A stretch of 64,000 bases of DNA from Octopus sinensis (lineage: Eukaryota), in assembly GCF_006345805.1 (NCBI RefSeq), contig NC_043011.1, positions 24,502,464 through 24,566,463 of the forward strand, in the 5' to 3' direction. Position 1 is the first letter of the stretch, and every line of letters begins with the position of its first letter. The notes beneath the pieces were generated by a model. The model saw only the letters and a list, made by a program, of their open reading frames with translations, had not been told where the DNA came from and ran no database searches. This document shows positions 63,840 to 64,000 of this stretch, piece by piece. Made by a program: the position numbers and the translations under genes.

Positions 63840-64000
63840 TCTCTATATATATAAACGGCAAAATGTCTGTCTGTGTGTGTGTCCTTTATACAAATCCACA
63901 ATTTTTCAGTTAGAGGGCTCGCACTTTCTATGGTCATTGAAAACCGTCCAAGGGTGGTCATGCATATCTTTATATTTCCCCAGTCACCCCGCAAAGCCAT
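63840..64000 (+). mobile_element. 5' end of a Helitron-like element running out of the window
   Basis: A|TCTCTATATATATAAACGGCAAAATGTCTGTCTGTGTGTG has the same architecture as the terminus at 3203. Confidence 0.55.

Overview
This is AT-rich, gene-poor eukaryotic DNA made almost entirely of microsatellites, SINEs and decayed transposons. The tRNA-derived SINE families and the extreme (CA)n/(TA)n/(TATC)n density look like an octopus (cephalopod) genome, which is an inference. No intact host protein-coding gene, real tRNA/rRNA gene or CRISPR array is supported, and most ORFs in the track are translated microsatellites. Recognisable elements: more than 35 SINE copies from several modular families; three Helitron-type elements, one keeping a Rep N-terminal remnant; Tc1, mariner, DD37D (maT) and pogo-like DNA transposon fossils; a TTAA piggyBac-type MITE; and remnants of RTE, HERO-like, CRE-like and Penelope-like (PLE) retrotransposons. 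The most interesting signal is a set of unrelated hammerhead-ribozyme-like motifs sitting in microsatellites. One pair lies inside a near-perfect 283-bp palindrome and has a compensatory G3:C8 swap of the catalytic core. Another pair belongs to a PLE with an inverted terminal copy. Family names come from recalled motifs, not database searches, and the ends of old elements are approximate.
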